A DNA stretch of 41,193 nucleotides from Candidatus Xenobia bacterium (GTDB lineage: Bacteria > Vulcanimicrobiota > Xenobia > RGZZ01 > DASYBA01), in NCBI GenBank assembly GCA_036501005.1, contig DASYBA010000090.1, positions 1 through 41,193 of the forward strand, in the 5' to 3' direction. The position numbers were made by a program, and so were the translations under genes. This document shows, in pieces, positions 1 to 9,084 of the stretch. Numbering within the stretch: the first letter of the stretch is position 1; each line of letters starts with the position of its first letter. Below the pieces are notes generated by a model that saw only the letters and a program-made list of their open reading frames with translations, was not told the origin of the DNA and did no database searches.

Positions 1-1
1 C

Positions 2-1102
2 CGGGAGGGCGCCTTCCAGATCACGGCGGCGTCCGAGGTCATGGCCATCCTGTGTCTGTCGAACAGCCTGTCGGAGCTGCGCCAGCGGCTGGGCCGCATC
101 CTGGTGGCGAAGGGCAAGGCGGGGGCCCCTGTCACGGCCAACGACCTCCAGGGGGCGGGTGCGGCGACCGCGCTCTTGAAAGACGCTCTCAAGCCCAACC
201 TGGTGCAGACCGTCGAAGGTGGCCCTGCGCTCATTCACGGCGGCCCGTTTGGCAACATCGCCCATGGCACCAGCTCCATCCTGGCCACTCGCTTGGCGCT
301 GGGCCTGGGCGACTACGTGGTCACCGAGGCCGGCTTCGGCAGCGACCTGGGGGCCGAGAAGTTCTGCAACATCGTCTGCCCCGTCGCCGGCTTCACGCCG
401 GCGACCTTCGTGCTGGTCGCCACCGTGCGAGCCCTGAAGATGCACGGCGGCCGTTCGAAGGCTGATCTGGCGACGCCAGACGTCGCCGCGGTGGAGAAAG
501 GCCTGCCCAACCTGCAACGCCACCTGGCTCACCTGTCCTGCTATGGCCCGCCGGTCGTGGTGGCCATCAACCGACATGAAGCCGATACGGAGGAGGAGCT
601 GGCCACCGTCCTGGCATGGTGCCGACAGCAAGACGTTGCGGCAGCCGTCGCCGACGTCTATCGACAAGGCGGAGAAGGGGCCGCGGAGCTGGGCCGACAG
701 GTCATCGAGGCGAGCCGCCGTCAGAGTGCGTTCCAACCGTTGTATCGAGCCGATGCGCCCGTGCTGGAGAAACTCAACACGGTGGCGCAGGCCGCTTACG
801 GGGCCGGCGGTGTCGTGCTGGAGGAAGGCGCCATGACGCGCCTGGCGTGGGTGGAGAAGCACGGGTTTGCAGACCTGCCCATCTGCATGGCGAAGACCCA
901 GTTCTCCTTTACCGACGACACCAGTCGCCTCGGAGCCCCGACCGGCTTTCCCATCCGGGTGCGAGACCTGGAGGTATCGGCTGGAGCAGGCTTCCTGGTC
1001 GTGCACACGGGCAGCATCCTGCTGTTGCCGGGCCTGCCCAAGGTGCCGTCCGCCACCGCCATCGACGTCACGGATGCAGGGGTGATCACAGGACTTTTTT
1101 GA
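2..1102 (+). CDS. fhs: formate--tetrahydrofolate ligase, C-terminal ~366 aa (5' end lies outside the window)
   Basis: The frame is open from nt 2 (REGAFQITAASEVMAILCL...), so the ATG at 41 is internal. It contains the FTHFS-type block HGGPFGNIAHG and a conserved C-terminal region. TGA at 1100-1102. Confidence 0.9.
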   Translation, partial: REGAFQITAASEVMAILCLSNSLSELRQRLGRILVAKGKAGAPVTANDLQGAGAATALLKDALKPNLVQTVEGGPALIHGGPFGNIAHGTSSILATRLALGLGDYVVTEAGFGSDLGAEKFCNIVCPVAGFTPATFVLVATVRALKMHGGRSKADLATPDVAAVEKGLPNLQRHLAHLSCYGPPVVVAINRHEADTEEELATVLAWCRQQDVAAAVADVYRQGGEGAAELGRQVIEASRRQSAFQPLYRADAPVLEKLNTVAQAAYGAGGVVLEEGAMTRLAWVEKHGFADLPICMAKTQFSFTDDTSRLGAPTGFPIRVRDLEVSAGAGFLVVHTGSILLLPGLPKVPSATAIDVTDAGVITGLF

Positions 1103-1123
1103 GGGGAGGACAAACCCATCTCC

Positions 1124-2920
1124 ATGCAAGCCATCGCTTCCACACAACAACTTTCTCCCCACGAACGACTGACCCGACTGCGCCAGGAGTTGCAGCGGCA
1201 GGGCCTGGACGGCTTTCTCGTGCCTCGAGCCGACGAGCACCAGGGCGAGTACATTCCGCCCGCTTCGGCGCGCCTGGCATGGCTGACGGGCTTCACGGGC
1301 TCGGCCGGAGCCGCCGTCGTCCTGCAGGACCATGCAGCCGTCTTTGTCGACGGCCGCTACACGCTGCAAGCCAAGGCTGAGGTGGACATGGGGCTATATG
1401 GCCACCGCCACTTGATTGATGAGCCCCCGCACCAGTGGCTGCCGGGCCACGTCAAGCGTGGGCAGCGCCTGGGCTACGATGCCTGGCTGCACACCACCCA
1501 TGATGTCCGCACGTTGCGGACCGCTCTGGAACCCGTCGGGGTCTCGCTGGTGGCCGTGGCGCACAACCCCATCGATGCCGTCTGGAGCGATCGGCCGCCG
1601 GCCCCCGACACCGCGGTGCAGATTCATCCCGTGAAATACGCGGGGCAGGCCAGTTCCGACAAGCGCAAGGCCCTCGCCGAGGCGCTCGTCAAGGAACACC
1701 TGGAGGCGGCCATCATCACCAGCCCCGACAGCGTGGCATGGCTTTTGAACGTGCGCGCGACCGACGTGCCCCACACCCCCCTCCCCCTCAGCTTCGCCAT
1801 CTTGCACGGCAACGGCCAGGTGGACTGGTTCATCGAGCCGGCGCGTCTATCGGATGAAGTGCGCCGGCATGTCGGCTCCGAGGTTCATGTCCACCCGCCA
1901 TCCGCCCTTCTGCCGTCCTTGGACAAGCTGCAGGGTCGGCGGGTTCGATACGATCCGGCAGTGTCCGCCGACATGCTGCGAAGCCGCCTGGAAGAGGTGA
2001 AAGCGGTGGTGGTCGAGGGGCCCGATCCGTGCTTCCTGCCCAAGGCCTGCAAGAACCCGGTCGAGCTGGAAGGCGCTCGCACCGCCCACCGGCGAGACGG
2101 CGCCGCCCTCTGTCGGTTTCTCGCCTGGGTCGACCGGCAAGGCGCTGGGGTGGGCGAAATCGCCGCATCCGACAAACTCGAGGCCTTTCGCCGCGAGTTG
2201 CCGGAGCTTTTGGACCTGAGCTTCGATACCATCTCGGGGGCAGGCTCGAACGGGGCGATCGTGCACTATCGTTCGAGTCCAGCCACGGAACGCAAGATTA
2301 CTGAGGGTGAGCTGTACCTGGTCGATTCGGGTGCCCAATATGCCGACGGCACCACCGACGTAACCCGCACGGTCGCCGTTGGAACGGCCCCCCCGGCCGC
2401 GGCCGAGCATTTCACGCTGGTGCTGCAGGGCCACATTGCGCTGGCTCTGACCCGCTTTCGACAGGGCATCAGCGGACATCAGTTGGATGCCATTGCCCGC
2501 CTGCCGCTGTGGGCCCGCGGCCTGGACTACGATCACGGCACCGGGCATGGCGTGGGCAGCTACCTCGGCGTGCACGAGGGGCCCCAGCGTATCGCCAAAC
2601 AGCCCAACAACATCGCCTTGCAAGCGGGCATGATAGTATCGAATGAGCCGGGCTATTATGCCACCGGCCAGTACGGCATCCGTATCGAGAACCTGGTAGT
2701 GGTCGTTCCCGTAGAAACCCCGGGCGGCGAGCATCGCATGCTCGGCTTCGAGACGCTGACCCTGGCCCCGATCGATCGTCGCCTGGTGGTCAAAGGCATG
2801 CTGAGTGCGGCTGAACTGGTGTGGCTGAACGATTATCATCAGCGGGTTTGGGAGATCATCTCGCCCTGGGTGGATCCGCAGACTCGAGACTGGCTGCGCC
2901 AGGCGACGCAGCCTATCTAG
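1124..2920 (+). CDS. pepP: aminopeptidase P family (M24B Xaa-Pro aminopeptidase), ~598 aa long form
   Basis: N-terminal creatinase/prolidase-like region. M24 metal-ligand blocks are present: LVDSGAQY, DVTRT, HGTGHGVGSYLGVHEGP, SNEPGYY, GIRIEN. Starts 21 nt after fhs. TAG stop. Confidence 0.85.
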   Translation: MQAIASTQQLSPHERLTRLRQELQRQGLDGFLVPRADEHQGEYIPPASARLAWLTGFTGSAGAAVVLQDHAAVFVDGRYTLQAKAEVDMGLYGHRHLIDEPPHQWLPGHVKRGQRLGYDAWLHTTHDVRTLRTALEPVGVSLVAVAHNPIDAVWSDRPPAPDTAVQIHPVKYAGQASSDKRKALAEALVKEHLEAAIITSPDSVAWLLNVRATDVPHTPLPLSFAILHGNGQVDWFIEPARLSDEVRRHVGSEVHVHPPSALLPSLDKLQGRRVRYDPAVSADMLRSRLEEVKAVVVEGPDPCFLPKACKNPVELEGARTAHRRDGAALCRFLAWVDRQGAGVGEIAASDKLEAFRRELPELLDLSFDTISGAGSNGAIVHYRSSPATERKITEGELYLVDSGAQYADGTTDVTRTVAVGTAPPAAAEHFTLVLQGHIALALTRFRQGISGHQLDAIARLPLWARGLDYDHGTGHGVGSYLGVHEGPQRIAKQPNNIALQAGMIVSNEPGYYATGQYGIRIENLVVVVPVETPGGEHRMLGFETLTLAPIDRRLVVKGMLSAAELVWLNDYHQRVWEIISPWVDPQTRDWLRQATQPI

Positions 2921-2923
2921 CGC

Positions 2924-3433
2924 TTGGCGTACGCGCGGCCGCGCACGGAACAGGGCCGGCTGGCGGCCTGGATTGGTCACCTGTTGCTGCAGCATGTGGA
3001 AAAGCACCCCTGCGGTGAGGTCATGGTGGGAACGGCCTACCTGCTGGAGCGGAACTCCGATAGAGTGAGGGATCCGGATGTGAGCTTCATATCGAATGCT
3101 CGACTGCCGGAGGCCAACCGGGGCGTGTCGTATCCGGAGATGGGCCCCGACCTGGCGGTGGAAATCGTGGCCCCGGGCCACAAAGCGGGAGATATCCTCA
3201 AGGAAGTGAAGGAGTTCCTGTCGGCGGGCAGCCGGCTGGTCTGGGTGGTCTACCCCAGGCGCCGGCAGGTGGCGATATTCCGCCCCGATCACTCGTTTAC
3301 CCGATTGGGTCTATCGGATCGGCTGACGGGCGAAACGGTCCTGCCTGGCTTTGATTGCTCGCTGGCGACCTTCTTTTTGCCGCTCATGTCGACCGGGCCT
3401 GTCGTTCCGGGCAGTCCGTCCTCGTCGACCTGA
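2924..3433 (+). CDS. Uma2-family (DUF820) putative endonuclease, apparently missing about 35-40 N-terminal residues
   Basis: Uma2-like core: RDPDVSFI...GPDLAVEIVAPGH...SAGSRLVWVVYP...VAIF. The only start is a TTG one codon after the pepP TAG, in the same frame. It could be a 5'-truncated remnant. Confidence 0.55.
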   Translation: MAYARPRTEQGRLAAWIGHLLLQHVEKHPCGEVMVGTAYLLERNSDRVRDPDVSFISNARLPEANRGVSYPEMGPDLAVEIVAPGHKAGDILKEVKEFLSAGSRLVWVVYPRRRQVAIFRPDHSFTRLGLSDRLTGETVLPGFDCSLATFFLPLMSTGPVVPGSPSSST

Positions 3434-3528
3434 CGAATTGACGACGGCCCGGAGTGACGCCAGATGAGTGAACGCCAGGAGAGGGGGGCGCAGGCGGCGG
3501 CTAGGGTCCCTAGAAGTAAACAGGTGCC

Positions 3529-5358
3529 GTGATCTTTCGCAAGCTGGGATGGCAGCTCACCGCGTCGTTTTTCGTCGTCATCTTGTTTTCCATGGCGGTG
3601 CTGGGCTTTTATCTGCTCCACCGCCTCGATCAACTCTTTACCGACGACGTCGATTCCAGCATCCACGACGAAGCCCACCTGGTGGCCCAGATGTGGGGCC
3701 AGTTCAACGAGAACGGGGCGCCCATCAACCAGCAGCAGAAGCGGGTCGTCTACACCCTCTGCAATATGTTGACCTGGCAGTACGGAAGCCGCATTCGGAT
3801 TCTCGATCTGAAGCGCAATACCGTCGTCGATCCCCTGGCCGATCCCAATCCGGTGGTCAGGAATCGCACCGAAGTCCAACTGGCCTTGGAAGGGCAGGAG
3901 GCCACCGCCACCTGGGAGCCCGAGCAGGAGGACGACCCACCGACCAAAGCGGTGGCCTTTCCTGTCATCGTGTCTCGCCCCACCCGGAGCGGCCCCAAGA
4001 GCATGGTCGTCGGCGTCGTCTACGTCAGTCGTTCCTTGAAATATCAGCGCCAACTGCTCCATAGCCTGCGCTTCGACTTCGTGGGCGGTACCCTGCTGTC
4101 GTTGCTGTTCTCGGGGATCATCGCGGTGATGTTCTCGCAGTTTCTTTCCAATCCGCTGCGCCGCATGAGCGCGGCGGCCAAGCAGATGGCCCATGGCGAC
4201 ATGTCGGCCGTGGTGCCGGTCCAGGGCCACAACGAAATCGGCGAGCTGGCCCAGTCGTTCAACTACATGGCCAAGGAGCTGGGCCACCGTACCGAGCAAC
4301 TGGTGGAGGAGAAGAACAAGCTGTCGGCCGTGCTGACGCACATGCAAGGCGGCGCCCTGCTGGTGGATGTCGAGGGGCACCTGCTCATGCACAACCGTAC
4401 GGCCCTGCAGATGCTCGGCGTCGATCCAGCGAGCGACCCCTCTCAGTGGGATAGTTTTACCCGCATCCTGGATCTGGCCATGACCCATGCCGGCTCTGGT
4501 TCTTCCTCCAGTCAGGAGGTGCGCTTGCCGGGCGGCGTGGTGGCTCAGGTCCGCTGGACGCCGCTGCGCACCGAGTCGGACGAGCCGTACGGGTTCGTCA
4601 TCCTGCTCAACGACATCACCGAGCTGCGGCGAGTCGACGAGATGAAGACGGAATTCGTGTCCAACGTGTCGCACGAGCTTCGCACACCCCTGGCGGCCAT
4701 CAAGGGACTGGCCGAGATCCTCCTCGACGGAGCCCTCCACGAGGCCGAAGGGCGCAGGTTCCTGGGGTCCATCAATCATGAGGTCGACCGCCTGACCAGG
4801 CTCGTCAAAGACCTGCTGGATCTCTCCAAGATCGAGTCTGGCATGGTCAAGTTCGAGACCCGACCCGTCGATCTGGGGGACATTCTCCTGGGGGTCCTGC
4901 ACCGCATGCAGGCCCGCCTGGAAGCGGCCACCATCGTGACCGACCCGGACCTGCTGGGCTGCATGGTCATGGCCGACGTCGATCGTCTGGAGCAGGTGCT
5001 CATCAATCTGCTGGGCAACGCCGCCCGCTATACGCCGCCCGGTGGGCTCATCAAGCTATCGGCCCGCGGCGCCGACGGCATCTGCGAGTTCTGTGTCGAA
5101 AACGAGGGCGTGGGCATTCCGCGCGAAGAGCTGGCCAAGATCTTTGAGCGGTTCTATCGAATCGACAAGCACCGCTCCCGAGACCAGGGCGGCACCGGTC
5201 TGGGCCTGTCCATCACCCGACACATCGTCGAACGGATGGGGGGCCGTATCTCGGCCGAGTCGGAGGACGGCTTGACCCGCTTCATCTTTACCTTGCCGCA
5301 ACCTCGCACCGCCGGGCCTTCGTTGGAAGATACGCCTCGAGCGGCCGTGGCGGGATGA
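3529..5358 (+). CDS. membrane sensor histidine kinase (TM - periplasmic loop - TM - HAMP - PAS-like - HisKA - HATPase_c)
   Basis: H-box FVSNVSHELRTPL. N-box LINLLGNAARYT. G-boxes GVGIP and GGTGLGLSI. Hydrophobic N-terminus MIFRKLGWQLTASFFVVILFSMAVLGFYLL. GTG start. No response regulator is adjacent. Confidence 0.85.
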   Translation: MIFRKLGWQLTASFFVVILFSMAVLGFYLLHRLDQLFTDDVDSSIHDEAHLVAQMWGQFNENGAPINQQQKRVVYTLCNMLTWQYGSRIRILDLKRNTVVDPLADPNPVVRNRTEVQLALEGQEATATWEPEQEDDPPTKAVAFPVIVSRPTRSGPKSMVVGVVYVSRSLKYQRQLLHSLRFDFVGGTLLSLLFSGIIAVMFSQFLSNPLRRMSAAAKQMAHGDMSAVVPVQGHNEIGELAQSFNYMAKELGHRTEQLVEEKNKLSAVLTHMQGGALLVDVEGHLLMHNRTALQMLGVDPASDPSQWDSFTRILDLAMTHAGSGSSSSQEVRLPGGVVAQVRWTPLRTESDEPYGFVILLNDITELRRVDEMKTEFVSNVSHELRTPLAAIKGLAEILLDGALHEAEGRRFLGSINHEVDRLTRLVKDLLDLSKIESGMVKFETRPVDLGDILLGVLHRMQARLEAATIVTDPDLLGCMVMADVDRLEQVLINLLGNAARYTPPGGLIKLSARGADGICEFCVENEGVGIPREELAKIFERFYRIDKHRSRDQGGTGLGLSITRHIVERMGGRISAESEDGLTRFIFTLPQPRTAGPSLEDTPRAAVAG

Positions 5359-5464
5359 GAGCTGGGCGGAGGAAAAAGCGGCCCCCGGCAGAAACATGCG
5401 TACCCGGTAGCGGCTACCGTCGCTGACGTCCCCACGGGTTTTGAACGAATCGAAGGAGGCACCC

Positions 5465-6304
5465 ATGCGCACCTGCCCGGCATGCGGCAAAGAGAATGAA
5501 GACAACGTCACGCGCTGTGCAACGTGTGACGAGGAGATCGGGGCGGGAGCTGCGGCGAAGGCGTCTGAGGACGATCCCTCCTTGTCCACCCTGAAGGTCG
5601 ACGCCCACGAGATTTTTGCGGCGGCCGCCGCGCAGGCGACCAGCACGGAAGACCTGACCAAGGGCACCGATGGCAAGTCGTCGGAAGCCAAGAGTGAGGC
5701 CAAAGCTGAGAGCAAGGAACCGGCGCCCGCCTCCAACCACGTAGCGACCGCCGTCACCGAGCAGGTTCCGAGTGAAAAGCCGGCCGGCGAAGCAGACGCT
5801 CCGGTGGCATCGCCTCGCCCCCCCGCTCCCCCTCCGGTGGGCGAAAAAGTCGGTGCTGGCGTGGTCGCGGGAGACACCGCGAGGGCCGGCGGGCAAATGA
5901 CCGTGCAGGTACCTGTCGAGCAGATGCGAGCGCCGGGGGGCAACCTGGTCTTTGCGCCCGGCACCATCAAGCTGGTCGTCGAGCAAGGCATGAGCGTCAA
6001 CAAGGAGTACCTTCTCAACGACCCCGAGCTCATCATCGGCCGCCGAGACCCCGAGCAGGAGTTCATTCCCGACATCGACCTGTTCGATCAGGAGAACGCC
6101 AACAACCGCTACATCTCCCGCCGCCAGGCCCGGCTGTTCTTCCAGGAGGGGCACCTGTTCGTCGAAGATCTGGATAGCTCCAACGGCACCTGCGTCAATA
6201 ACCGGCCCATCAAACCCAACATGTCGGTGCAGTTGAACTCTGGCGACAAGCTCTTGCTGGGCCAGAGCGTCATGTTCCGCATCCGCCCCATGACGACGAG
6301 CTAA
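5465..6304 (+). CDS. zinc-ribbon + low-complexity linker + C-terminal FHA domain protein
   Basis: ATG at 5465 is preceded by GAAGGAGG; the ORF-track start at 5441 is an upstream TTG. N-terminal CPACG...CATCD zinc ribbon. C-terminal FHA signature IIGRR...ISRRQARLFF..GHLFVEDLDSSNGTCVNNRPI. Confidence 0.8.
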   Translation: MRTCPACGKENEDNVTRCATCDEEIGAGAAAKASEDDPSLSTLKVDAHEIFAAAAAQATSTEDLTKGTDGKSSEAKSEAKAESKEPAPASNHVATAVTEQVPSEKPAGEADAPVASPRPPAPPPVGEKVGAGVVAGDTARAGGQMTVQVPVEQMRAPGGNLVFAPGTIKLVVEQGMSVNKEYLLNDPELIIGRRDPEQEFIPDIDLFDQENANNRYISRRQARLFFQEGHLFVEDLDSSNGTCVNNRPIKPNMSVQLNSGDKLLLGQSVMFRIRPMTTS

Positions 6305-6413
6305 CAGGGCTAAAAGGGCTCCCGCGCAGCAAGAGCCCTCAAGGTAGGCGCTGGCTAGTAGTGGCGAAGCCGATGCCGCAGGGCTCTCCCTAGCTGCCAG
6401 CCGGGGGGGCCCC

Positions 6414-6456
6414 CAGCGCAGCGCCTGGGGGGCGGAGCCCTCTAGGCGCTGCGCTG
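6414..6456 (-). terminator. candidate terminator hairpin (13-bp perfect stem, 17-nt loop) just downstream of the phosphate transporter gene
   Basis: CAGCGCAGCGCCT (6414-6426) is the exact reverse complement of AGGCGCTGCGCTG (6444-6456). It lies 8 nt past the pit stop codon. There is no U-tract, so it may not be a classical intrinsic terminator. Confidence 0.4.
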
Positions 6457-6464
6457 CCCTAGTG

Positions 6465-7490
6465 CTAGTGCATTGCTGCCTGAGAGGCGAGGCCGGAGTA
6501 GCAGAGGAGGCCGGAGACGGCGGCGGCAGCGGGAATGGTCAGCACCCAGGCGACCAGCATGTTGCCCGCCACGCCCCAGCGGACGGCGCTCAGCCGCCGG
6601 GTCGCTCCCACCCCCATGATGGCCCCGGCGATGACGTGCGTGGTGCTCACTGGCGCGCCGAAATGGCTGGCGACGACGATGGTGGAAGCGCCGGATATCT
6701 CGGCGGCAAACCCGTGCACCGGTTGGAGCTTGAAGATCTTGCTGCCCATGGTCTTGATGATGCGCCAACCCCCAGACGCCGTGCCGCAGGCCATGGCGGC
6801 GGCGCAGCTCAGGATGACCCACTTGGGAACCTCGACGTGGTGGACATCGATCTTGCCCACGGCCACCAGCGCCATGGTGATGATGCCCATGGACTTCTGG
6901 GCGTCGTTGTTGCCATGGCTGTACGCCAGGAACGCCGAGGAGAAGACCTGCAGCCGGCGGAACAAGCCGTTGGCCTTCGGGGCTGGCACGTCGTTGAACA
7001 GCCACATGATGACCGTCATCAGGAAGAACCCGACGCCCATGCCAACGAGCGGGCTGGCCACCAAGGGAATGAGCACTTTGTGAAAGATGGTCTCAAAGTG
7101 GAGAGAGCCGAAATAGCCGGCCGCCGTTACGGCACCAATCACCCCGCCGATCAGGGCATGAGATGATGAACTGGGCAGCCCCCAGTACCACGTGGCCAGG
7201 TTCCACGTGACCGCCCCCAGCAGCGCGGTCAGCACCATCCATTGGCTGACCACCTGAGCGTCGACCAGGTCTGAACTGATCGTCGTGGCGACGTGAGTGC
7301 CCAGCAGGGCTCCCACCAGATTGAGCGCCGTCGCCATGGCAATGGCGGCCCGCGGCGAGAGCCCCCGAGTCGAGATGATGGTGGCAATGGCGTTGGCCGT
7401 ATCGTGAAATCCGTTGATAAAATCGAAGCACAGCGCCACGGCCACGACGATCACGAGCAGGGTGAGCTGGGAGTGCATGCGCCACCCCAT
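6465..7490 (-). CDS. pit: inorganic phosphate transporter, PiT (PitA-like) family
   Basis: FDFINGFHDTANAIAT and WNLATWYWGLPSSSSHALIGG blocks closely resemble E. coli PitA. Multiple TM segments. The likely start is MGWRMHSQLTLLV (7490) rather than the upstream ORF-track start at 7553. Confidence 0.85.
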   Translation of the reverse strand: MGWRMHSQLTLLVIVVAVALCFDFINGFHDTANAIATIISTRGLSPRAAIAMATALNLVGALLGTHVATTISSDLVDAQVVSQWMVLTALLGAVTWNLATWYWGLPSSSSHALIGGVIGAVTAAGYFGSLHFETIFHKVLIPLVASPLVGMGVGFFLMTVIMWLFNDVPAPKANGLFRRLQVFSSAFLAYSHGNNDAQKSMGIITMALVAVGKIDVHHVEVPKWVILSCAAAMACGTASGGWRIIKTMGSKIFKLQPVHGFAAEISGASTIVVASHFGAPVSTTHVIAGAIMGVGATRRLSAVRWGVAGNMLVAWVLTIPAAAAVSGLLCYSGLASQAAMH

Positions 7491-7800
7491 GTTGGCCCTC
7501 CTCCAAGTCGATCCTGCGCCCCTGCCCAGTGGAACCCGGCGGTTTGGCAACATCGGGGCAATGGATTCCGACCTGCACTTGCAGTAGGATCTCTATAGTA
7601 GCCTGGATGGAAGTGTACCGACACCGGTGCACATCGGGGGACAGGCCTACACGGCGTCTTGCACGCGCCCTGAACGCATGCATGCCGTCGACAGCCGGCT
7701 ATTCGATAGCTGGTTCGCGCTCCTTGTGACCCATGCCAAAAATGGGCCATGGTGGACGCGCCCTCAGCATACATAGAGGAAGAGAAACGAGGTCACCACC

Positions 7801-7929
7801 ATGGAAAGCAATTCCGCAGCCGTCGATAAAACCAACAAAGCCCTCGCCATGCTCGCCATCATGCGCCTCATCGAGAAGAAGCGGAAGACGCAGCACGGCC
7901 GCAAGTCGACCAGCAAAGCAGCCCGTTAG
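7801..7929 (+). CDS. candidate small protein (42 aa, basic C-terminus), below the ORF-track length cutoff
   Basis: ATG at 7801 has GAGG 8 nt upstream. Translation is MESNSAAVDKTNKALAMLAIMRLIEKKRKTQHGRKSTSKAAR. Third-position G/C bias matches neighbouring genes. TAG at 7927. It lies 45 nt upstream of the GAF-GGDEF gene and in the same frame. Confidence 0.35.
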   Translation: MESNSAAVDKTNKALAMLAIMRLIEKKRKTQHGRKSTSKAAR

Positions 7930-7974
7930 GCGAAACTCCAAGGAGCTTCGCCCTACGACACAGAAACGCTTGCT

Positions 7975-8967
7975 GTGTCGCGGGAGACTGAGGTCCTTCA
8001 AGTCCTGCTCGACGTCAGCCGGTTGATCAGCTCGAGAAACCAGATGTCGACCGTGGTCCGGCGCGTGACGCAGGAACTGCGGAAGGTTCTGAACGCCGAC
8101 GCCTGCTCCATCCTGCTGCTCGATCCGGTCCGCAAGGAGCTGGCCTTTGCCGAGTCCTCCGGCCATACTCGCTGGGAACGCGACAACATTCGCTTCCGCA
8201 TTGGCGAAGGCGTGGCCGGTTGGGTGGCTCGGTCCAAACAGCCAGTGCTCATTGAAGACGTCGAAAACGACGACCGGTTCGTCAAGATCGCACGCCAACG
8301 CCGGCCCATGTCGTCCATGATCGGTGTTCCGCTGGTCGTGAACAAGCGGGTCATCGGGGTCGTATCGTTGACGACTCGCACCCAGGACCACCGCTTCAAC
8401 CAGGCTGATCTCCAACTGGCCGTGCTGCTCTCCGCGCACGTCGCCTTGGCCCTGGAGAACGGCCGACTGTACGAGATCTCCGTCATGGACGGACTGACCA
8501 ACGTCTACAACCGCCGCTACCTGACGCAGCGGCTACACCAGGAAATCGCCTACAGCCGTCGATTCCGACACCCGTTGACGCTGGTGATGGTGGACATCGA
8601 CTGGTTCAAGAAGATCAACGACACCTATGGCCACCAGGCCGGCGACCAGGTGCTGCGCCAGGTGTCGCAATTGTTCAACCGCAGCTTGCGAGAGTACGAC
8701 GTGGTCGCCCGTTACGGCGGCGAGGAGTTCGCCTTGCTGCTGCCTTCGCTGGAAAAGCTTTCCGGTGCGTCGGTCGCCGACCGACTGCGTTTCCATGTTG
8801 CCGATGCTCCCGTGCGCCACAAGGATCAACAGATTTCCGTCACGGCCAGCTTTGGGGTGGCCGCCTTTCCGGAGGACGCCGATGCGGCTGACGAACTGAT
8901 CCTGCGGGCCGATCAAGCCTTGTACCAGGCCAAACAAAGAGGCCGAAACCGCGTTGCGCTCGCATAG
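7975..8967 (+). CDS. GAF domain-containing diguanylate cyclase (GGDEF)
   Basis: N-terminal GAF-like region (LLDVSRLISS...GEGVAGWVARSKQPVLIEDV). GGDEF domain with an intact active site RYGGEEF. An RxxD I-site (REYD) lies 5 residues upstream of it. GTG start. Confidence 0.85.
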   Translation: MSRETEVLQVLLDVSRLISSRNQMSTVVRRVTQELRKVLNADACSILLLDPVRKELAFAESSGHTRWERDNIRFRIGEGVAGWVARSKQPVLIEDVENDDRFVKIARQRRPMSSMIGVPLVVNKRVIGVVSLTTRTQDHRFNQADLQLAVLLSAHVALALENGRLYEISVMDGLTNVYNRRYLTQRLHQEIAYSRRFRHPLTLVMVDIDWFKKINDTYGHQAGDQVLRQVSQLFNRSLREYDVVARYGGEEFALLLPSLEKLSGASVADRLRFHVADAPVRHKDQQISVTASFGVAAFPEDADAADELILRADQALYQAKQRGRNRVALA

Positions 8968-9084
8968 CTATCTGGCTGGTACCCAGAGCCCTCATAGGTG
9001 CCAAGGGGACACGGGGGGCTATGCGTCGAATGAAAAAACGATGCTCTGGGAAGAAGCCCGGAGAAAGCAAGGTGCGAGGACCCG

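Noticed and set aside
3289-4902. 537-aa minus-strand ORF antisense to the histidine kinase. The same situation applies to 1847-3292, 9019-10479, 16346-17800, 21815-23029, 31055-32446 and 5056-6154.
   Set aside because: All of these are antisense to ORFs with strong family motifs. All translate to Arg/Gly/His/Pro-rich sequence without recognisable domains.
2918-7929. TAG read-through or recoding, suggested by two cases of an ORF continuing in frame after TAG (pepP/Uma2 at 2918; small ORF/GGDEF at 7927)
   Set aside because: TAG terminates several well-defined genes here (pit, GGDEF, PP2C, the SecD-head-like gene and SLT) at positions matching normal family C-termini. Same-frame continuation is expected by chance one time in three.
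7699-8439. 246-aa minus-strand ORF overlapping the start of the GAF-GGDEF gene
   Set aside because: It is antisense to a well-supported GAF domain, shows no motifs, and would leave the cyclase without its N-terminus.
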